Shown here: positions 46,760 through 52,006 of the stretch, one piece after another
Position numbering within the stretch: position 1 is the stretch's first letter
Layout of the letters: the number at the start of each line of letters is the position of its first letter
The notes under the pieces: generated by a model
Database searches by the model: none
What the model was told of the DNA's origin: nothing
What the model saw: the letters and a program-made list of their open reading frames with translations, nothing else
Source of the DNA: a virus
Lineage: Duplodnaviria; Caudoviricetes
DNA: 52,006 bases
Reading direction: 5' to 3' (one strand)
Virus record (IMG/VR): IMGVR_UViG_3300037497_000044
Location: 1 to 52,006 of that record
Program-made: the position numbers and the translations under genes

Positions 46760-49700
46760 TTCCTGAACTCCTTGCCTGCCAAAATAGACAGAACAGCCTC
46801 GGTATCGTCTTCCGGTCGATACTTCCCTGCCTCAATGTCAGCCCAAAGAGCCAAGCGATCCGTGACGGGTTTTTGTAGTGCTGTGCCGGTGATCACAGCG
46901 ATCATCGCACTCATTGATCTGATTGTTCTTCCTGGAGTCCCTAACGGATCGTCGTTTGTAAATACTCGCAATCCCTGTTCCACAAGACTTTGCGCCGGAC
47001 CACCCATATTTACCCTCGCTTCTCCATATCCTTTCTGCCACACATTAATCATGTTTCCGATCACATTACCTACCACTGGTATGGCTCCGAGAGCATACGT
47101 GACTGGCATGATCCCAAGCAATTGTTTGATCCACTCATCCAAATATTCGCCGTCACCGTCGCTATCTCGCGGCCCTCCACGCGCAGCCATGACAATTATA
47201 CCGGAGGCAATGGCGGGAGCTATCCATGCGAGCCAAGCCGCACCGGCCAACCGGCCAAACTTCTTCCCTGGGGGCATGTATCTGGCAAGAGCAACTTGCT
47301 CCCCAAACAAGTTTGCCTGCGTGTTGAAATAGCCACAAAATTGGGTCAGCATCCGCCACAAAGGCGTTCCTGTCTCCATGGATGCAACATCAATAACCCT
47401 GGTACTTCCCTGTGTGGTGCGAATTACTGAGTCAGCAAGATCTCTCGCGGCACCCTCCTCATGCCCATTCTCAATTGCCTCTGTATATTTTGCCATCCAG
47501 ATCGTTGGTTCCATGTGCGTTGCGATGGATTGCTGCAAGATGTATCCATACTTTCTCGATAACCTATCTGCGTTTTCCATGATAGTCGGATCTGTTGCAA
47601 TCTCCATCAGCACGGTGTTGGCTTCCTCCAGTTGCGCTTTCAGTCTGATGTCCATGAATTTCGATTTACCACATACCGCACTTGCCGTATCAATTGGATG
47701 GATAAGGTTCGTGGCAGCAGAAGCCAATAAATGCCCTCGTGAAACATTGAGCAATGCGGGGAAGAACCCTGCATATTGCTGGAGCCCGTTTACAACATTC
47801 ATGAATAGAAGAAAAACACCTGAACGAGTTCGCAGAGTTGTAAAAAAATCAGCATGTTCAATCCCTGTGCCACGTGTCGTAACCTGCTGTTTAGCAGCCC
47901 GGTCTAGGAATGGGACGAGCGTATTACTGATTGCCGCCTTGTCTTGTGCTTCCAGCACAGAGAGCAATTCCTTATTTTTGATCAACCTACCCACATCGGA
48001 AACGGCCAACCCCATGTATGTGTTCAGTAATTGCTGGTCGATATGACGCCCCAAGATTGAGATATTCAACTCAAGGGGGGCAAAATACTGGGTACGTGCC
48101 TTTGCGAATCCTGCGTTCGTCCTAGGTTGGTAATTCAACTGCGCATCACTCCCAACACGTTCAGCCTCGCGTTGTTCTGCGGCTGTGCCCAGGGTAGGAT
48201 CATATTGCAATGGCGCATAGCCGCCAGCATACGTACCAAACTGGTTGGTGAATGCGTCAGCCTTAACCTCTTTAAAGTACCTGCCAGTCTGTTCCCTGAC
48301 TGCTCTCTGGGCTTCTGGCTTCATCTCCTCAAACAGATCCCAAACAGACTGCACAAAATCAAAGTGCTCTTTCCGAAGGATTCCCTGATCGATAAACTCC
48401 TGGATCTGAGCATCCCAACGGGACCGATCAAGGGTGCCGTCTGCATTCCACTTGCCCCACCCTCGGCCAATCAACAGTTTTTCAAGATTCTCCAGGTTGC
48501 CCGAATGCACAAGGGCATGAAGTAGCTCGGCCATCGGGGTGAATTTCCCGCCGCCAAACACAAACCCGATATGATTGGCAGCAATCGCGCCTTTATGCTG
48601 AAAGACTTTCGGATTCGATTTAACCATGTCAGAAAACTTTGTTATATATTTTATCTTTGCTTCCATGTATTTCGTTTGGGCATCGGATATGGGAAGGAAG
48701 ACATAGCGGAACCATGGCCCGTACTCTTGCCCATTATCCATGACTTTGGCCCAATTCTCTATGCGGACGAATTTTGCCAAAAACTTTGAAGCACCATAAA
48801 AGAATAACTCTGTTTTTGTTCGTGTTCTGGCAAACCCCGTTTTCTCGTCCACGATAGCTGGGGAGCTTGGGCGTTCTTCGGCTTTAGCTGTCAACTCTGC
48901 GATAACCGCATCGACGGCAAGTTTTTTATCCTTAACAAGGATCTGCTTTGACCGCAACGCAAACTTCCATAGACCAACCATGTCATCTCTGAGATCGCGC
49001 AATTCCTCCATTGTCAGATCACGCCACAACTCCTTGTCTTTCCCTTGCTTTTTCGACAGGATTTCTTTGGCTTTGTTGCTGGCGTTCAATATCGTGTCAG
49101 AATACTCCTGGAGTTCCTCCGGGGAGTTTTTTAGCACGGTTTGAAGGTACTCAATAGCCCCTTCCATATGTGGTCCAATCCCGTATGCGCCAAGCACAGT
49201 ACGCACAACCATGACCTCGACATCAGATCTGCTTTTAACTGATGGTGATTTATCTGTCCTGCTGGCTATGCCCTTCAGCTTTCCTGTAATGAGCGTTGCT
49301 TCCGCTTGCGCCTTGTATGCCGCCGATGTGGCCAGATGGTTGATAAGTTCCTTACGTGCCTCTATCGCGGCTTCTGCTGTCTTGCCTTGGCCGAACAGCT
49401 TCATCTTGGCCTTTCCTGCCCGAACCTCGGCCAGAGCGAACAGATCCGGTCTGACATTGCGCATGGTCCGTCCAGAGATCATTGCATCAACATAGTCCTT
49501 GGCTGACTTCAGCAATACAGACCATGGCCCTGTGAATTTCTCCAGTGCGGCAATTTCCGTCGCAAGGATTCTCTCCCTGGCTGAATTGTGGATTGCCTCG
49601 TCTGCGGCTATGGCGATCTGTTCCGGCGTGTACATGTCGCCGTAGGTCTCAAGCATGCGACGCTCGGTCTCTTGTTGGATCTCTTCTGCCATTGATGGAG

Positions 49701-52006
49701 ATTGCACCACTGCGGACAGGAATTCTCTGCCCGTTGCATAAGCACCTCCAGACAATTCGGCTATCTCATCGGCACTCATCCCGTCGTCAGAGATCATTCC
49801 TTCCATTTTTGCCTGCACCGTTGGCAGCATCTCCACGTCGAAACGGGAAATTTTTGCCCCATCTAAAACAATATCTTCTCCTGCATCGTTCTTCCATTCA
49901 CCTGTAGATAACAGCTTTAATATCCGTCTGAGTGGTGATTGCTCAACATCCTCTCTAACCTGTGCCTCCATTGCATCCCATTTCTCTTTCCCTTCTTTCT
50001 GCATGGCGGCAATAAATTCGTTATGACTACGCCTCATCCACTTCATATTCTTCAGGCTTTTAGCGCGCAACTCTTTTTCTGCGGTCGCTTGCTGATCCCC
50101 AGTCAAAGCCGAATATTTCAAATATGCTTCCGGTGACATACCTGCCTGGGCAGCATCCTGAAATAGTGCCCGATGGTTTCGCGCCTGCATGACATATTCA
50201 ATCTGCTCGTCTGTGGCAATCATCCTATCCATGACGGCCCGCATTTCAGGATTAAGCTCTGCCTCTCCAGGGTGAGTTGAGATGAATTCCTTCAGCGACT
50301 TGTATATGGATTTCATCCAAGCGGAAAACCGCTTGAAAACGGCTTCCATTTCGATTGACGGTGATTTGCCCTCGAACAGGTATTGCTCCCACGAACGGGC
50401 AAACTTTTCCTGGTAGGCAGTTTTTTCCAGCAGGCTCATATTTCCCCATGCATCGAAACTCTCCACACCTGCCCACGCCATGAACGTATTCATGTCGTCA
50501 ACAATGCGCTGCGGTGCCCCCGGCCTACTGGCCAGAGCCATGGATAGCTCCAGGAAATAATGCGCGGATTCGTGGGCAAACGTGGATAGGTCCGCATCGG
50601 CCAGGAGGGTGATAATGTTTTTGCCGCCTTCTTGGCTGAAGGTTCCTGCCGGACCTTGCTTTAAAATGCTTGGATTCGATGGGTCGAACGTGCCTCGGTT
50701 GCCGGTGGCGGATTTTATTTGGTTCTTGGATTGATCCGAAACAAACGCAACAAAACTTCCGTCCCCTTCCGGCAAAACAGCACCATCAAGACCTTTTCCT
50801 TTAAACTCATCAATAAACAGTTGATCGTATTGTTCCCAGTTGGCAGGATTTTCAATCTTGGCGTACAACTCCATGATCTTCCCTTTTCCAGCCGCGCCAA
50901 CCGATCCAGCTTCGATGGCAGATCTGTCGGAAGTCATCCAGAATACATTCGGCGAACCTTTCTTTAAGTTGATTTTGGAAAATGTTTTGTCGGTGCCGTG
51001 ATACATCACAATCGGCCTACCTTCCCCATCCACGACCTTAGACTCCCCAAACCATCTCCAGAAATTCCGCACCCCCTCCTCGGACCAGTGAATGGGTTGG
51101 CCTTTGCTGTTCATGGTGGGGCGGGGGGTGCCGTCTACCTGGATGGTTTTAGGGATCTCACCCGCGACTTGCCCAGTAGACTCCTTGCTTATTTGCTTGC
51201 CAGAAAGAGGGATGATAGAGTCTTGGCCAGCATCTTCCTGCTCGTTTCTATAGATGATACTGTCATACCCTTTGCTTGTAATGCCAGCCCGCAACGCATC
51301 CCATCCGCGCTTGTCTGACTGTTGCCACTCAGAGAAAATCTTGTCTGATTGCTTGCCGGTGAAAACGCCTTTGTTGCTTAGATGGGTCAATATGCCGTCA
51401 AATGTCCAAACGCCAATATCGGGCATTCGTAACGACTTGTCGGCAGTGACGCGAAGCTGCATCGGCGTGTTTTTCTCCAACCTTTTAGCGATTCTGCCTG
51501 CTTCCGCTTTCGTCTTGACTTCATACTCTAATTGACCATTAACCCACACTTCCCAAATGTCACCGTATTTATCGACAGAAACATCCTTCCCCATTCCGCC
51601 TTTTTGATTCTGGCGATCCATAGCGGCCTGCTCTGTTCCCATATGGGGGCCGATCTGATCATTAAAATCAAACTCATCAAATTCGTATGGCGTGGCATGA
51701 TACCAAATCTTCCCAGCATCAGACGTGCGGACCAACGGCGTTTTCGGTGTCTCAATGGCACCATGCTCAGGAGATTGGAACCCAGTTTTATCGACATCAA
51801 CCTCATTGCCAAAAATCTTGCTAATTGTCTGGCTCAGGCTTTGATTGGATGATAATTTCTCTTTCCTTGCCCGTTCAGATGCCAGCAGAAGCAACTCATG
51901 CCCCATGTTTGGATCATCCCCGAACATGGATGGAGTCGTTGACACTTTTTCAGCGGCAGCAATATAATCTCCCAATATTTTCTGCATAGCCGGGGAAGAA
52001 ATTAAA
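46756..52006 (-). CDS. Giant internal virion / polyvalent protein, C-terminal part (two ART-PolyVal-like domains, zincin metallopeptidase, helical C-terminus); open to window end
   Basis: The frame stays open upstream of ATG 51987 (LISSPA-MQK). Motifs WYHAT...GPHMGT...GYDSIIYRN; FWRWFGESKVVD.EGRP.VMYHGT...QIKSATGNRGTFDP; ADLSTFAHESAHYFLE...QEKFARSWEQY. Confidence 0.85.
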   Translation of the reverse strand, partial: LISSPAMQKILGDYIAAAEKVSTTPSMFGDDPNMGHELLLLASERARKEKLSSNQSLSQTISKIFGNEVDVDKTGFQSPEHGAIETPKTPLVRTSDAGKIWYHATPYEFDEFDFNDQIGPHMGTEQAAMDRQNQKGGMGKDVSVDKYGDIWEVWVNGQLEYEVKTKAEAGRIAKRLEKNTPMQLRVTADKSLRMPDIGVWTFDGILTHLSNKGVFTGKQSDKIFSEWQQSDKRGWDALRAGITSKGYDSIIYRNEQEDAGQDSIIPLSGKQISKESTGQVAGEIPKTIQVDGTPRPTMNSKGQPIHWSEEGVRNFWRWFGESKVVDGEGRPIVMYHGTDKTFSKINLKKGSPNVFWMTSDRSAIEAGSVGAAGKGKIMELYAKIENPANWEQYDQLFIDEFKGKGLDGAVLPEGDGSFVAFVSDQSKNQIKSATGNRGTFDPSNPSILKQGPAGTFSQEGGKNIITLLADADLSTFAHESAHYFLELSMALASRPGAPQRIVDDMNTFMAWAGVESFDAWGNMSLLEKTAYQEKFARSWEQYLFEGKSPSIEMEAVFKRFSAWMKSIYKSLKEFISTHPGEAELNPEMRAVMDRMIATDEQIEYVMQARNHRALFQDAAQAGMSPEAYLKYSALTGDQQATAEKELRAKSLKNMKWMRRSHNEFIAAMQKEGKEKWDAMEAQVREDVEQSPLRRILKLLSTGEWKNDAGEDIVLDGAKISRFDVEMLPTVQAKMEGMISDDGMSADEIAELSGGAYATGREFLSAVVQSPSMAEEIQQETERRMLETYGDMYTPEQIAIAADEAIHNSARERILATEIAALEKFTGPWSVLLKSAKDYVDAMISGRTMRNVRPDLFALAEVRAGKAKMKLFGQGKTAEAAIEARKELINHLATSAAYKAQAEATLITGKLKGIASRTDKSPSVKSRSDVEVMVVRTVLGAYGIGPHMEGAIEYLQTVLKNSPEELQEYSDTILNASNKAKEILSKKQGKDKELWRDLTMEELRDLRDDMVGLWKFALRSKQILVKDKKLAVDAVIAELTAKAEERPSSPAIVDEKTGFARTRTKTELFFYGASKFLAKFVRIENWAKVMDNGQEYGPWFRYVFLPISDAQTKYMEAKIKYITKFSDMVKSNPKVFQHKGAIAANHIGFVFGGGKFTPMAELLHALVHSGNLENLEKLLIGRGWGKWNADGTLDRSRWDAQIQEFIDQGILRKEHFDFVQSVWDLFEEMKPEAQRAVREQTGRYFKEVKADAFTNQFGTYAGGYAPLQYDPTLGTAAEQREAERVGSDAQLNYQPRTNAGFAKARTQYFAPLELNISILGRHIDQQLLNTYMGLAVSDVGRLIKNKELLSVLEAQDKAAISNTLVPFLDRAAKQQVTTRGTGIEHADFFTTLRTRSGVFLLFMNVVNGLQQYAGFFPALLNVSRGHLLASAATNLIHPIDTASAVCGKSKFMDIRLKAQLEEANTVLMEIATDPTIMENADRLSRKYGYILQQSIATHMEPTIWMAKYTEAIENGHEEGAARDLADSVIRTTQGSTRVIDVASMETGTPLWRMLTQFCGYFNTQANLFGEQVALARYMPPGKKFGRLAGAAWLAWIAPAIASGIIVMAARGGPRDSDGDGEYLDEWIKQLLGIMPVTYALGAIPVVGNVIGNMINVWQKGYGEARVNMGGPAQSLVEQGLRVFTNDDPLGTPGRTIRSMSAMIAVITGTALQKPVTDRLALWADIEAGKYRPEDDTEAVLSILAGKEFRK

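Overview
The window is an essentially complete ~52 kb tailed-phage genome with a short-tailed (podovirus-type, Bordetella BPP-1-like) virion module. Both ends fall inside what appears to be one giant internal-virion gene, so the genome looks circularly permuted with a small gap. The minus strand from 1 to 22.5 kb carries TerS, TerL, portal, scaffold, repeat-rich surface proteins, major capsid, tail tubular A/B and ejection proteins. The 22.7-43.6 kb region holds divergent early/middle operons: a DnaB-N/AAA helicase with a candidate origin, a Rad50-like ATPase, a RecE-like nuclease, GapR, a deaminase, a helicase-methylase fusion, a RadD-like helicase, VRR-NUC and an RNAP alpha-CTD protein. The minus strand from 43.7 to 52 kb carries holin, lysozyme, a tail fibre and a polyvalent protein with two ART-like domains and a zincin. 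I see no integrase, DNA or RNA polymerase, reverse transcriptase or CRISPR array. GapR and the alpha-CTD sequence point to an alphaproteobacterial-like host (inference). Most unusual points: (i) L-[TS]-x-T-Q repeat tracts occur in three virion genes, and in one case appear to split a small conserved phage protein across two genes; (ii) two DUF6948-like paralogues each sit beside a glycine-rich ORF; (iii) several structured non-coding elements are present, including a promoter-driven non-canonical tRNA-like RNA, a GCANN pentamer array, recurring hairpins and a kissing-loop leader. All family assignments are by eye from motifs; no searches were run.
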